Made by a program: the position numbers and the translations under genes. The notes under the pieces were generated by a model. It worked only from the letters and a program-made list of their open reading frames with translations. It ran no database searches and was not told the origin of the DNA. From contig CATNEN010000024.1 in NCBI GenBank assembly GCA_950097015.1, positions 6,758,001 to 6,822,000 of the forward strand: 64,000 nucleotides of DNA. The letters run 5' to 3'. This document shows, one piece after another, positions 48,801 through 60,063 of the stretch. Every line of letters begins with the position of its first letter. Position 1 is the stretch's first letter. The stretch comes from Macrostomum hystrix (Eukaryota > Animalia > Platyhelminthes).

Positions 48801-50051
48801 ATGGAAGCGAACGCCACTTCGCACGCAGGCGGCTCGCCGCCCTCCATCGGCCTGATCTATACCATAGACGGTGACAACTGCTCAGTGCGGCCAACTCCAC
48901 TGTTCGACTGGTCCAACGGGCCAACCCAGGTTGCCATGGACAGTTTGTACTTTTGTAAATGCCTGGTTGCATTGCTGGGCCTGCTAGTTAACCTGATCTC
49001 TGTGCGAGTGTTCGCTTCGTTCAAGCATCGCACCTTGTTCATCTCGATGATTTTCTACCTAAGCGCCTGCGAAGTCTGTTTCAATGCGTCTGGCGTCGCA
49101 TTCGAATTGTTTTACCTGCTGGCGGTGGGCACCAACGGTCACGTGATGCCGCTGGGCGGCCCACTGGCACTGGCCGTAGCGCTCAGCTACCTTCTCTGCC
49201 AGGCGGTGTGGATCGTCTACAAGGCGTCGCTAATCCTGCGCAACTGGATCATCGTGGTGATCGCCTGGCGACGCTATCGAGCCATCCGGGCCAGCCTCAA
49301 CGGTCATCGGGGCGGACCTGGCAGCGGCCGGCGATCCGTGAGGCTTAGCCTGCTGATAATGGGCATCCTGGCCGCCCTGCTGGCCACCCCGCGCTCTCTG
49401 GAGGTGGCCTATTATCTGTGCGCTGAGTCACGCCAGCTGGTGCAGGTGGCGGCAGCCGGCTTCGCCTCCAGTCGCGGCTACAGCGCCTACCCGAAGCTGT
49501 TCTTTGTTGTCACCTCGCCGCTGCCAATCGTCTGCCTGGTGGCGATCAGCGTCCTGATGATCTGCAGCCTGAGGAATTCTGCCGACGCTCAACTGCTTCG
49601 AGGCCGCATCGGCGGCGGCGGAGGCGGCGGTGGAGGCGGCGGTGGAGGCGGTGGCGGTGGCGGCGGAGGCGTCGGCGGCGGCATCAGCGGCCGATGCGAC
49701 TCGGTGAACCGTACAGTGCTGGTTCTGTGCGCCACCTTCGTACTGTGCGAGCTGCCAATGCTGGTGGCGGGCGTGATGAAGGACGCCGACTGCGGCGACC
49801 ACTGCCTACACATGCAGGTTTTCATGGGGATCGCGAACATTCTCACTAGCCTCGACTCGCTGGCCAATTTCGGCGTCTATTTCTTCTCGATTCGGGCGTT
49901 CAGGCACAGGCTGGCGCCCGCCTGCACCAGCCTGGCCAACCCGGCAGCCGCCGCCGCTGCAGCCGCCGCCGCCGCCTCAGAAGCTGGACGAAGGCATCAG
50001 AGAGCGAGGTCGGGCGGTAATACTGAGTGGGTGTCACTGCAGAAGTTGTAA
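48801..50051 (+). CDS. Single-exon rhodopsin-class (class A) GPCR, FMRFamide/Srw-like orphan peptide receptor, 416 aa
   Basis: Seven hydrophobic segments. Motif equivalents: GLLVN (TM1), LSACE (TM2), RNW...RRY (TM3), TPR (TM4), SPLP (TM5), FVLCELP (TM6), LDSLANFGVY (TM7). Good start context GCCATGG. Confidence 0.9.
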   Translation: MEANATSHAGGSPPSIGLIYTIDGDNCSVRPTPLFDWSNGPTQVAMDSLYFCKCLVALLGLLVNLISVRVFASFKHRTLFISMIFYLSACEVCFNASGVAFELFYLLAVGTNGHVMPLGGPLALAVALSYLLCQAVWIVYKASLILRNWIIVVIAWRRYRAIRASLNGHRGGPGSGRRSVRLSLLIMGILAALLATPRSLEVAYYLCAESRQLVQVAAAGFASSRGYSAYPKLFFVVTSPLPIVCLVAISVLMICSLRNSADAQLLRGRIGGGGGGGGGGGGGGGGGGGGVGGGISGRCDSVNRTVLVLCATFVLCELPMLVAGVMKDADCGDHCLHMQVFMGIANILTSLDSLANFGVYFFSIRAFRHRLAPACTSLANPAAAAAAAAAAASEAGRRHQRARSGGNTEWVSLQKL

Positions 50052-50809
50052 CCAATGTCAGCTGATTAACAATAATAAGAGCTCATATTTGCAGGAGGGC
50101 TAATCGCACACTCGACCCGGAGACCCGGAGACACTAGACACAGATACTGTACGCAGATGCACACCCCACGGTGTGTACATCTATCCTGACTTTCTCATCG
50201 TCAGGCAGTGTACACTCTCACTGTGCCTTGGAGGTTGGCCCTCAAGAGCGTAAATTGCGCGACAAGCCCCCGAGCCTTCTCTCCGCGGCTGCGCCCCATA
50301 TGAATGTGGCCTCGCCGCGGAATCGAGCTCGGGGATCGTGGTGCGAGAGGCAAACGCGTTAACCGCTCTCACACCCCCTATGGGACGATTCCATTTGCCT
50401 GATTTTGTTTTCTGAGTGACTCTGAACGAATTCAGGTCTTTGCAAACTGTTTGGGATGTCAAATAAAATTCCATTAGATTGCAAATCAAGCATGGATTAC
50501 TGTGTTGTCAGCCATGATCTCAAGGTTAGATTAAGTACGGTCAGTCGAACCAGTTAATCTGGATGGCATCAATTTCAATCTATTTTCGCAAGAACAGATC
50601 CCCCCCTCTGCTTGAAAAATCTTTATCAGCTCTTGTGCGTCATTTAGTATAGAAGTACAGCCTCGTGCAAGCGGCTGTTGTTCATTACTGACACTGTTTA
50701 ATGCAATTGAAAACAAATTGAAGGCTTGTAAATTGCTTTGATGCTGGTTTAGTCTTAATATTGAATAATATTGTTTTCCATAAATTCTTACAGTTCTTGG
50801 GTTGTTCAT

Positions 50810-51960
50810 TTGTCGAATTCCTATTTCAAGCCTTTGTTGATTTGTCGAATTCCAAATTTCAAGCCTTTGTTGATTTGTCGAATTCCAAATTCAAGCCTTT
50901 GTTGATTTGTCGAATTCCAAATTCAAGCCTTTGTTGATTTGTCGAAATTCCAAATTCAAGCCTTTGTTGATTTGTCGAAATTCCAAATTCAAGCCTTTGT
51001 TGATTTGTCGAATTCCGAATTTCAAGCCTTTGTTGATTTGTCGAAATTCCAAATTCAAGCCTTTGTTGATTTGTCGAATTCCAAATTCAAGCCTTTGTTG
51101 ATTTGTCGAAATTCCAAATTCAAGCCTTTGTTGATTTGTCGAATTCCAAATTTCAAGCCTTTGTTGATTTGTCGAATTCCGAATTTCAAGCCTTTGTTGA
51201 TTTGTCGAATTCCAAATTCAAGCCTTTGTTGATTTGTCGAATTCCAAATTCAAGCCTTTGTTGATTTGTCGAATTCCAAATTCAAGCCTTTGTTGATTTG
51301 TCGAAATTCCAAATTCAAGCCTTTGTTGATTTGTCGAAATTCCAAATTCAAGCCTTTGTTGATTTGTCGAATTCCAAATTTCAAGCCTTTGTTGATTTGT
51401 CGAAATTCCAATTTCAAGCCTTTGTTGATTTGTCGAAATTCCAAATTCAAGCCTTTGTTGATTTGTCGAAATTCCAAATTCAAGCCTTTGTTGATTTGTC
51501 GAATTCCAAATTCAAGCCTTTGTTGATTTGTCAAAATTTCAAATTCAAGCCTTTGTTGATTTGTCGAATTCCAAATTTCAAGCCTTTGTTGATTTGTCGA
51601 ATTCCGAATTTCAAGCCTTTGTTGATTTGTCGAATTCCAAATTCAAGCCTTTGTTGATTTGTCGAAATTCCAAATTCAAGCCTTTGTTGATTTGTCGAAT
51701 TCCAAATTTCAAGCCTTTGTTGATTTGTCGAATTCCGAATTTCAAGCCTTTGTTGATTTGTCGAATTCCGAATTTCAAGGGTTTGTTGATTTGTCGAATT
51801 CCGAATTTCAAGGGTTTGTTGATTTGTCGAATTCCGAATTTCAAGGGTTTGTTGATTTGTCGAATTCCGAATTTCAAGGGTTTGTTGATTTGTCGAATTC
51901 CGAATTTCAAGGGTTTGTTGATTTGTCGAATTCCGAATTTCAAGGGTTTGTTGATTTGTA
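50810..51960. repeat. Minisatellite, 32-33-bp unit TTCAAGCCTTTGTTGATTTGTCGAATTCCAAA(T), about 35 copies
   Basis: Tandem array; the AAGGG variant is confined to the last ~6 units. Confidence 0.96.
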
Positions 51961-52959
51961 GCCCGAAAAGTTCTCGCTTTGAGAAGTTTGTTGCTTCGCC
52001 AATTCGTCAGTTCGTTAACATTTAATCTTGTATAACTCCTAGTTTCTATGGAAATCGTACTTAGCTTTGTCCATTTCCGAATTCATCAAAACATTTATTT
52101 AAATAATACTTTATTCGTTCACTTGTCGCTTTTTCAAAGAAATAAGTTGTAACTTTGTTTGTACGAGGAAAACACAGCTTTGACGCGGAGTTTGCTATTT
52201 ATAGTTCGACCTTGACGAGCACGACGTAGACGTGTGATAGCAGCACCAGTTCTATTTTTAGAAATAGTGGTGATGACTTTATTCACTTGGGATCTACGCG
52301 ACTTTAAAGTATGCAAAGACAATAATTTTGTTGGGAGATAAGGATTTGAATGTTAAAATATAGAAAAGAAATTTTCAAAAATACAATTTTAGGATATTGC
52401 AATAAAAAAAAAGTCATTTTACGAACCAAATTTCTATGAACAGCCATAGTAAATTTGCTAATTTTAGCCGGGATATTTTGCAATTAGAAAAAAGGGAAAA
52501 AACATGATGAGCTGGAAGGTTTTTTACTCAGGGAAAAACGTCTGCCTGGATTTATGAAGAAAGTACATTCGATGCTAAAATACCCCTCTTAAAAAGTCAA
52601 GTACTTTATTGAATTGATTCAATTCCAATAAGCTAATTTGTTGAATTAGCAAGACGATCGTTTGTCTTTAAAAGAGAATAAGTGAAATTCACCTTCCTGT
52701 TTTTATTGTCTCACAGACCTACTGCTAGTAATATGGTATGTAAATGGCGAGATTAAAGTCTCGATTTTTGCTTCTGGTCAACAGGAATTATTCCGAATAA
52801 AATCTAAGATTTAGTACTATTCTTCCCAAACCAGTGGCTTCATTTTTCATAGTATTTCAGCTACCTGCAACTTAAAATTATCTGAAATTATCAGATTTGC
52901 CTTTTAATGATTTTCTGAAACATGTTAAACGTAAAGATACTCGTAGGTTAAGATTGGTA

Positions 52960-53240
52960 GATAAACACCAATTAAGACAGCTACATAAGTACCCAATAAG
53001 ATATGTAGTTAAACACAAATTAGGATAGGTATAGATAGATACCTTATTAATACAGAGAGAAAAAACACACATTAAGATAGATAGACACCAATTAAAATAG
53101 GTAGATAAACACCAATTAAGATAGGTAGATTAGCACCTATCAAGATAGGCAGATAAACACCCATTAAGATAGGTAGATAAACACCAATTAAGATAGGTAG
53201 ATAAACACCCATTGAGAAAGATAGATAAACACCCATATTG
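52960..53240. repeat. Degenerate about 24-bp minisatellite AAGATAGGTAGATAAACACCAATT
   Basis: Several imperfect tandem copies. Confidence 0.75.
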
Positions 53241-53964
53241 GGAAATAAAAATCTGTTAAGATCACTATTTATTCAGCTTCATCTTCAATTGATCAACTTC
53301 ACCGCAGCGCTCAACACCTGAGTCCCGGTAAGCAGTTTCTAAACAAATCCATCGTCGAATTGCTTCCGCAATTCGCTGGCGCCCTGTTGTCGCGGATAAG
53401 GCGAAGCGGGGGGATAACACAGTTTGGGTACGAAAGCAAATAACAGAGAGAGATAGAGAGAGACAGACAGTCACGGCTCACGTTTTTAGTCGGCCCCTTC
53501 GTTAAGTTGAGTAGGGAGGCAGCGCTTCCTTAGCTCCTGTAATTTGCTTCCCATTCCCATTTCTCTGCACCTGGCTGTTTTCGGCCTTCTAAAATCCCTA
53601 AATCCACCCAGCTTTTCCCCGTTTCCTAAACACTGATTGAGATCTCTGTGCGCAGCTCAGATACAGGCAAGAGAGGACAGAAGAAGAAAGAAGGCAAGGA
53701 GGCCGGGAGTTGAGAAAAGAAATCTCCCCAGGGATAACTCGGCGGCACGGAGACCGGTGGGGCGGATAGGAAGGCCGGGAAGAGAGGTGGCAGCTAGGTG
53801 GAAGCAAATCGAATAGAAACTCGGCGGAGGAGGCGAGCGTGAGGGTAGAAAATTCGGCCAGCCCCGAGTTCCCGAAGAAAATGGCGAGAGGGAAGCAATA
53901 AGGAGGAGAGCTGAGGCAAGAGCCAGAGGCGGATCCTTTAGCTGACAGACAGGGAGACCAGAAG

Positions 53965-54195
53965 ATGCACAACGGCCACTCAGCCAGACTGATTTCGGTG
54001 AAGAGCGCCGCCGCGGCATCGGCACCTTTCATGATGCCGACAACGGGCTCGGGATCCGAGTTCCATGGCAACCTGCAGCTGCTGGAGGCCTGTTCAGTCA
54101 AGCTGAGACACCTGCTGCAACTGGTACAGGAGGGAGAGGCTGCCAAGACAGACATTGTGCCGTCACTGCTCAACTCGGCCAGACTGCTAGAGAAG
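53965..54195 (+). CDS. PDE1: PDE1 exon 1 (calmodulin-binding region: KLRHLLQLVQEGEAAKTDIVPSLLNSARLLEK)
   Basis: Resembles the PDE1 N-terminal RLRxLVKQLERGE...LEYAAxVLE segment; donor AAG|GTTTGA, phase 0. The start codon is inferred (in-frame stop at 53899). Confidence 0.8.
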
Positions 54196-54254
54196 GTTTG
54201 ACATCGGCAAAATAATTTGGGATCTAAATAGAAGTTTTTTTGACAAAGAGCTTC

Positions 54255-54740
54255 TTTGGGACATTAATCGATATTCAAGGATCTTGAGAAACCTTTCTTG
54301 AATCTGGGTGAATCTTTTTGGGATCTGAGAGATTCATTCTGGGATCTAGGAGAATGGTTCTGGGATCTGGGAGAATGTTTCTGGGATCTGGGTGAATGGT
54401 TCTGGGATCTGGGTGAATGGTTCTGGGATCTGGGAGAATGGTTCTGGGATCTGAGAGAATGGTTCTGGGATCTGGGAGAACCTTTTTTGGATCTGGGAGA
54501 ATGGTTCTGGGATCTGGGAGAACCTATTTTGGATCTGGGAGAATGGTTCTGGGATCTGAGAGAATGGTTCTGGGATCTGAGAGAATCTTTTCGGGATCTG
54601 GGAGAATGGTTCTGGGATCTGGGAGAATCTTTTTTGGGATCTGAGTGATTCATTCTGGGGATCTGGGAGAATCTTTCTGGGGATCTGGGAGAATCTTTTT
54701 TGGGATCTGAGTGATTCATTCTGGGGATATGGGTGAATCT
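54255..54740. repeat. Minisatellite, 21-bp unit GGGATCTGGGAGAATGGTTCT (PDE1 intron 1)
   Basis: Tandem array. Confidence 0.93.
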
Positions 54741-54878
54741 TTATGGAATGCGTGAGAATCTTTCAGGGGTATTGTAGAATTTTTCGTGGATCTGTGAAAA
54801 TATGGTGAGAGCCTGAGGATCTGAATTGATTCGAGATTGACATAGTATATTTTAAACTCCTTCAACTTTACCTTAAAG

Positions 54879-55202
54879 GTGTTCCTGGACCGCACCAAGG
54901 GCATGCGCCCTGACGAACAGGAGGAGGACCTGTTTAGCGTGATCTCCGCGGCCGGTGCGGGCGGCGCCGCGGGCGCTAAGGAGGTGGCCCCGGTTCCGGA
55001 GCGAGTCCAAGAGTGGCTGACCGCCACCTTCACACGGAGAGGCAGCATCACCGCTACTGGAGGTCGGCGAAGATTGCGGAGCTTGGCAACTGTGGTGCAG
55101 ACCAGCGTCTACTTTGAGAAGCTGTTCCGCAACCGCGGCCTGGGGCGCGGCATGGCTGGCGTGGCCGCCGCCATGCAGCAACAGCAGCAGTCAGGTGCTA
55201 AG
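54879..55202 (+). CDS. PDE1: PDE1 exon 2 (PDEase_I_N region: VPERVQEWLTATFTRR...RSLATVVQTSVYFEKLFR)
   Basis: Acceptor ttaaag|GTG. Matches PDE1 VPSEVRDWLASTFTR and FRSIVHAVQAGIFVERMYR. Donor at 55202 (AAG|GTAGTG) or 55205, both phase 0. Confidence 0.88.
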
Positions 55203-55276
55203 GTAGTGAGCAATCATCTGTTGCATGTGAAACTTCAGGGATCGAAACTGTGAGTCCCTTCTGAATCATCCCGCAG

Positions 55277-55894
55277 GAGGAAGAGCTGCCGCCGGCCCTG
55301 CAGAAAATTCCCTCAGCGGCATTGGCCTACCTTGAGCAGACTGCTCACCAGTGGGATTTCGATCCCTTCAACCTCGCGGAGATGACCAACGACAGGCCAA
55401 TCCGCAACATGGGCCTGTACCTGTTCCACCAGTTCGACCTGGTGGACAAATTCGGCATCCAACTGCCAGTTCTGGAAGCCTTTCTGGACCTAGTCGAGGA
55501 GGGCTACAAGCGGCACGGCAACCCGTACCACAACTGCACCCACTCGGCCGACGTGGCCCAGACCTGCTGCTTCATCCTGTCCCGGCACGGCCTGGCCAGC
55601 TGGCTGAGCGACATCGAAGTGCTGGCGCTGCTGTTCGCGGCGCTAATTCACGACTTTGAGCACACCGGTACTACTAATAATTATCACGTGCAGAGCCGCT
55701 CGCAGCTGGCCGTTGTCTATAACGACAAGGCGGTTCTGGAGAGCCACCATGTCAGCGCAGTGTTTCGCCGAATGCACGAGACAGGAGCAAAGTGCAATCT
55801 GGTGAAATGCCTCAGCCCGACCGAGTATCGACAGTTTCGCTCACTGGTCATCGACATGGTGCTGGCTACGGACATGTCCACTCACTTTGCTCAG
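55277..55894 (+). CDS. PDE1: PDE1 exon 3, catalytic domain
   Basis: Acceptor ccgcag|GAG. Motifs PYHNCTHSAD, HDFEHTGTTNNY, LESHH, LATDMSTHF. Donor CAG|GTAGGA. Confidence 0.95.
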
Positions 55895-55989
55895 GTAGGA
55901 ATGGGTCCTGGGTCCGATAGTCTTGAGTTCAGTCGGACCAAAATGACGGAATCCCAGACCAAGAGGGAAGCAATTTGTGGTTCACTGGG

Positions 55990-57745
55990 ATTTAAAAAAA
56001 AACATATTGGGATTTGAGATTTAGGATTTGTCGATGGATAAGCATCTGGGGATTTAAGATTTAGGATTTGTTGATGGATACGCATCTGGGGATTTGAGAT
56101 TTAGGATTTGTTGATGGATAAGCATATGGGGATTCGGGATTTGTTGATGGATAAGCATATGGGAATTCGGGATTTGTTGATGGATAAGCATTTGGGGATT
56201 CGGGATTTGTTGATGGATAAGCATATGGGGATTTGGGATTTGTTGATGGATAGGTATTTAGAGATTCGGGATTTGTCGATGGATAAGCATCTGAGGATTT
56301 AGGATTTGTTGATGGATAGGTATTTGGGGATTCTGGATTTGTTGATGGATAAACATCTGAGGATTTGGGATTTGTTGATGGATAGGTATTTGGGGATTCT
56401 GGATTTGTTGATGGATAAACATCTGAGGATGGGGGCGAGGGGGGCCAGCGGCTAACGTCGCTGCCTCGCACTCCAAAGGACGCTAGTTCGATTCACCCTT
56501 CAGGTCACGATTAATTTCGGTACTTGTTGGGGGGGTTTGGACAGTAGCGACCGGCGGAGGTGCACCTTATTTCGTGCAATCAAAGCTTGAAAAATAGCTT
56601 CGCTCCTACCTTTCTGAGTGCCTGTTCTGCGTTGTATGAGTTTGTGCGTTGGCGCTTGGGCGTTAGACCTTGCGGGGGGTGGCTGGGGGGCGGGTGTACA
56701 CCGCCGCGCGCTCATCTGGATTTCCGTCAGCGCGATTGGATAAAGTGTACACTCATCACCCGCCCCCCCCCCTGAGGACTGATTTCTATCAGCCTTCCGC
56801 CCCGGCTTGGTCTGCTCTGTGCGTGTGCGGGCCTGGGGTGAGAGGCACTCCGGCTGCCGCCCCCTTCCCCGCTTGGCTTGCTGCTGTGTGTGTGAGGTGC
56901 CTGCTCAGGGGAGGCGGCGCGATGGGCGGCTCTCGCCTAGTTCGCCGGCCTGGGGGCATGCCGTTCCTGTGTTTGTGCGTCAAGTGCCCCAGGCCCCCCT
57001 GCAAAGTAAGTAAGTAAGTAACATCTGAGGATTTAGGATTTGTTGATGGATAGGTATTTGGGGATTCTGGATTTGTTGATGGATAAACATCTGAGGATTT
57101 AGGATTTGTTGATGGATAGGTATTTGGGGATTCTGGATTTGTTGATGGATAAACATCTGAGGATTCGGAATTTGTTGATGGATAAGCATATGGGGATTTG
57201 GGATTTGTTGATGGATAGGTATTTGGGGATTCTGGATTTGTTGATGGATAAACATCTGAGGATTTAGGATTTGTTGATGGATAAGCATTTGGGGAATCGG
57301 GATTTGTTGATGGATAAGCATATGGGGATTTGGGATTTGTTGATGGATAGGTATTTGGGGATTCTGGATTTGTTGATGGATAAGCATCTGAGGATTCGGA
57401 ATTTGTTGATGGATAAGCATTTGGGGAATCGGGATTTGTTGATGGATAAGCATATGGGGATTTGGGATTTGTTGATGGATAGGTATTTGGGGATTCTGGA
57501 TTTGTTGATGGATAAGCATTTGGGGAATCGGGATTTGTTGATGGATAAGCATTTGGGGATTTGGGATTTGTTGATGGATAAGCATATGGGGATTTGGGAT
57601 TTGTTGATGGATAAGCATATGGGGATTTGGGATTTGTTGATGGATAAGCATATGGGGATTTGGGATTTGTTGATGGATAGGTATTTGGGGATTCTGGATT
57701 TGTTGATGGATAAGCATCTGGGGGTTCGGGATTCGGGATTTGTTG
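55990..57745. repeat. Minisatellite, 33-bp unit GGGATTTGTTGATGGATAAGCATATGGGGATTT (PDE1 intron 3), interrupted by the SINE
   Basis: Tandem array on both sides of 56431-57019; degenerate relics at about 58900-58975. Confidence 0.95.
56431..57019 (+). mobile_element. tRNA-derived SINE, about 590 bp, apparently full length, inserted in the PDE1 intron-3 satellite
   Basis: 13-bp direct repeat AACATCTGAGGAT at 56418-56430 and 57020-57032. A-box-like GGGCCAGCGG about 56442-56451; B-box AGTTCGATTC 56485-56494; 3' tail (GTAA)4. Confidence 0.85.
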
Positions 57746-57964
57746 TGTCCCAAAGTTATGTCGATGCCGAAACACTGAATTCCCTAGTGTATCCGTTCGC
57801 CCAACTGTGAAATAGGTACCAGTACCAGCCGCGGTAGAAATTTGGGTGGGCAGTCCATGGACTGAACAGGTGTACATAGCCTTTAGAAGCACTACGGAAT
57901 GTAGTGGCAACGCAGCATTTTAGTTAAAGGAAGTCAAAGAGTCCATTTGGCTCCTCTCGCCCAG

Positions 57965-58205
57965 GTGACGGCAATGAAGGACGCCATCCCCTGTCCGGAG
58001 AATCTGCCCCGGGTAGACATTCTGGCCTACATTCTGCACGCGGCAGACATCAGTCACCCCGCTAAAATCTGGCCGCTGCACGAGCGCTGGACAGGCAAGC
58101 TGACCGCAGAGTTCTTCGCCCAGGGCGACCGCGAGAAGGAACTCGGCCTGCCCTGCAGCCCGCTGTGCGACCGCGACAAGACCGTGGTGGCCTCGTCTCA
58201 AGTTG
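57965..58205 (+). CDS. PDE1: PDE1 exon 4, catalytic domain
   Basis: Acceptor ctcgcccag|GTG. HAADISHP, EFFAQGDREKELGLPCSPLCDR, SQV. Donor G|GTGAGT, phase 1. Confidence 0.95.
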
Positions 58206-58418
58206 GTGAGTCGGGGACGAGCCGAGACACCGTGTTAGAGAGATTTGGGATTTCCTGATTTACTATCATCAGAGGATTAAGGATCTGTTGATCCCTATCG
58301 ATCTCATGGGTGAGTGAGACATGGAAGAGGCAGAGGGAATACTAGTTACTAGTTACTACACTAGTTACAAGGCTGTCTCTTGTTCCCGCTCCAGTGACTA
58401 GATAGCTATCGCGCTGTA

Positions 58419-58900
58419 TGGTATAGCTCAGTCTCTATCCTTTAGTTAGTAATTAGTTAGTAGGACTAGGAGAACTGTGGCCTTTTTTCCACGGTTTTTC
58501 CATGCCAGTCTGGCACGCCCACGGTATTTCCGCCTGCCTAAATCCTTCCAGCCAATGAGAGCGCTTAAAAGGCCTCAGCCAATAGCAGAGCAGGGCGGGG
58601 TCCAAACCGTCTATAAATACGAGACAATCCAAGAGCCCAAAAAACTCAGACCTGCCAGCGCCACCGACGCGCAATCGCTGAGTTTAGACAAACTCTCAAG
58701 ACAGAACTTTCACTCGGACTCTCTTGGATAAGAGTCTCCTCGACCGAGGTGGCAGCATTTCGTATTTCGTATCTTCAGATAAGCGTGAGGCGTGATCCCC
58801 TGTTGCTACAAATTCAAACTTCACACTTACCATCCGCCCTTTAATTCGGTTTATGCTAATCATTTGCATTATTAAATAATGGGAGACATCACAATAAACA
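58419..58900 (+). promoter_or_regulatory. Pol II promoter-like cluster / candidate solo LTR in PDE1 intron 4
   Basis: CCAAT 58552 and 58579, GC box GGGCGGGG 58593, TATAAATA 58612, AATAAA 58893. TG...CA ends with a possible TGTA TSD. Boundaries are uncertain. Confidence 0.4.
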
Positions 58901-59660
58901 TGTAGGGATTGGGAATTTTTTAGTGGATAAGGATCGCGGGATTTGGAATTTGTTGATGAATTAACAGATAAGGAATGCGCAATTTTTTTACTCATAATCC
59001 TAGCATTATGTCTCAACCCGGCAGATAAGCTGAGGCATAAAAGTACATAGAAGAATGGTGGAAAATCACTGGCAGTACCTGGGCATGTCTGAGTAACTCT
59101 AATTTGTTTTTAATTAATGTCGGTGTTAAGAAGGAGAGTGAGAAACAGGCGAGAGATAAGATCGAAGGGAGAGCAGCTTATGGAACTCGTCTTCATCTCG
59201 CCCCACCTTCCAGTCCGTCGCAATAATCTCATTTCTACTCGTGTCTCGTGTTTCAACGGCCTCGCGGCTAGGATGGGATTTTGGAGGCCTGTGGGAGGGT
59301 TCGACTTAATTAAACGCAGCCCGTCGCTTGTGCGGAACAGATAGGGGAGGAAGGGAATTAGATGGCGGGATTAGAATAGCCGTAAATAATGGCAATGACC
59401 TGCCAGTATCTGCTTTGGCACGCAATGCACTAATGCGCTGCCGCTTTGTAGACTAGCTCATAACAGCAAGCTTGCTCAATGATTATTGGAAACTGACCAG
59501 TACTTTCTGCTGCAGATTACCTCCCACCCATTCCATGCCTCACTCACCCACCCATTCCATGCCTCACTCACCCATCCATTCCATGCCTCACTCACCCACC
59601 CATTCCATGCCTCACTCACCCACCCGTTCCATGCCTCACTCACCCACCCATTCCATGCCT

Positions 59661-59804
59661 GGGTGGCTTTCACAAGACCGAAATTTCACAACGCCGAAAA
59701 TGCTTGCACTGTCCTTCACAACGCCGAATATTAAAAATGCTGACCGTTTTGATGCGTTGTGAAGTTTCGGACTTATGAAGATTCGGTCTTGTGAAGCCTC
59801 ACCC
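59661..59804. mobile_element. 144-bp fold-back (MITE-like) element, copy A
   Basis: Inverted ends GGGTGGCTTTCACAAGACCGAA / TTCGGTCTTGTGAAGCCTCACCC (14-bp perfect core), plus inner TTCACAACGC / GCGTTGTGAA. No clear TSD. Confidence 0.55.
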
Positions 59805-59919
59805 ACCCACCCATTCCATGCCTCACTCACCCACCCATTCCATACCTCACTCACACATCCATTCCATGCCTCACTCACCCACCAATTCCATGCCTCACTC
59901 ACCCACCCATTCCATGCCT

Positions 59920-60063
59920 GGGTGGCTTTCACAAGACCGAAATTTCACAACGCCGAAAATGCTTGCACTGTCCTTCACAACGCCGAATATTAAAAATGCT
60001 GACCGTTTTGATGCGTTGTGAAGTTTCGGACTTATGAAGATTCGGTCTTGTGAAGCCTCACCC
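59920..60063. mobile_element. 144-bp fold-back element, copy B (259-bp tandem duplication of copy A plus flanking minisatellite)
   Basis: Appears identical to copy A by eye, offset 259 bp. Confidence 0.55.

Noticed and set aside
50173-50215. Minus-strand CUGACGA-UGA-GAAA resembling a minimal hammerhead core, inside a TGTACA/CCTGAC nested hairpin downstream of the GPCR
   Set aside because: No stem II, stem III cannot pair, stem I is broken, and the core is sequestered in the CCTGAC/GTCAGG stem. An Infernal hammerhead scan would settle it.
56770-56795. CTGAGGA followed by a perfect 5-bp hairpin inside the SINE (hammerhead-like start)
   Set aside because: No GAAA after the stem.
55990-57745. 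CRISPR-like alternation of a constant GGATTTGTTGATGGATA with variable segments
   Set aside because: The variable parts are a few recurring alleles of one unit, not unique spacers; eukaryotic intron; no cas genes.
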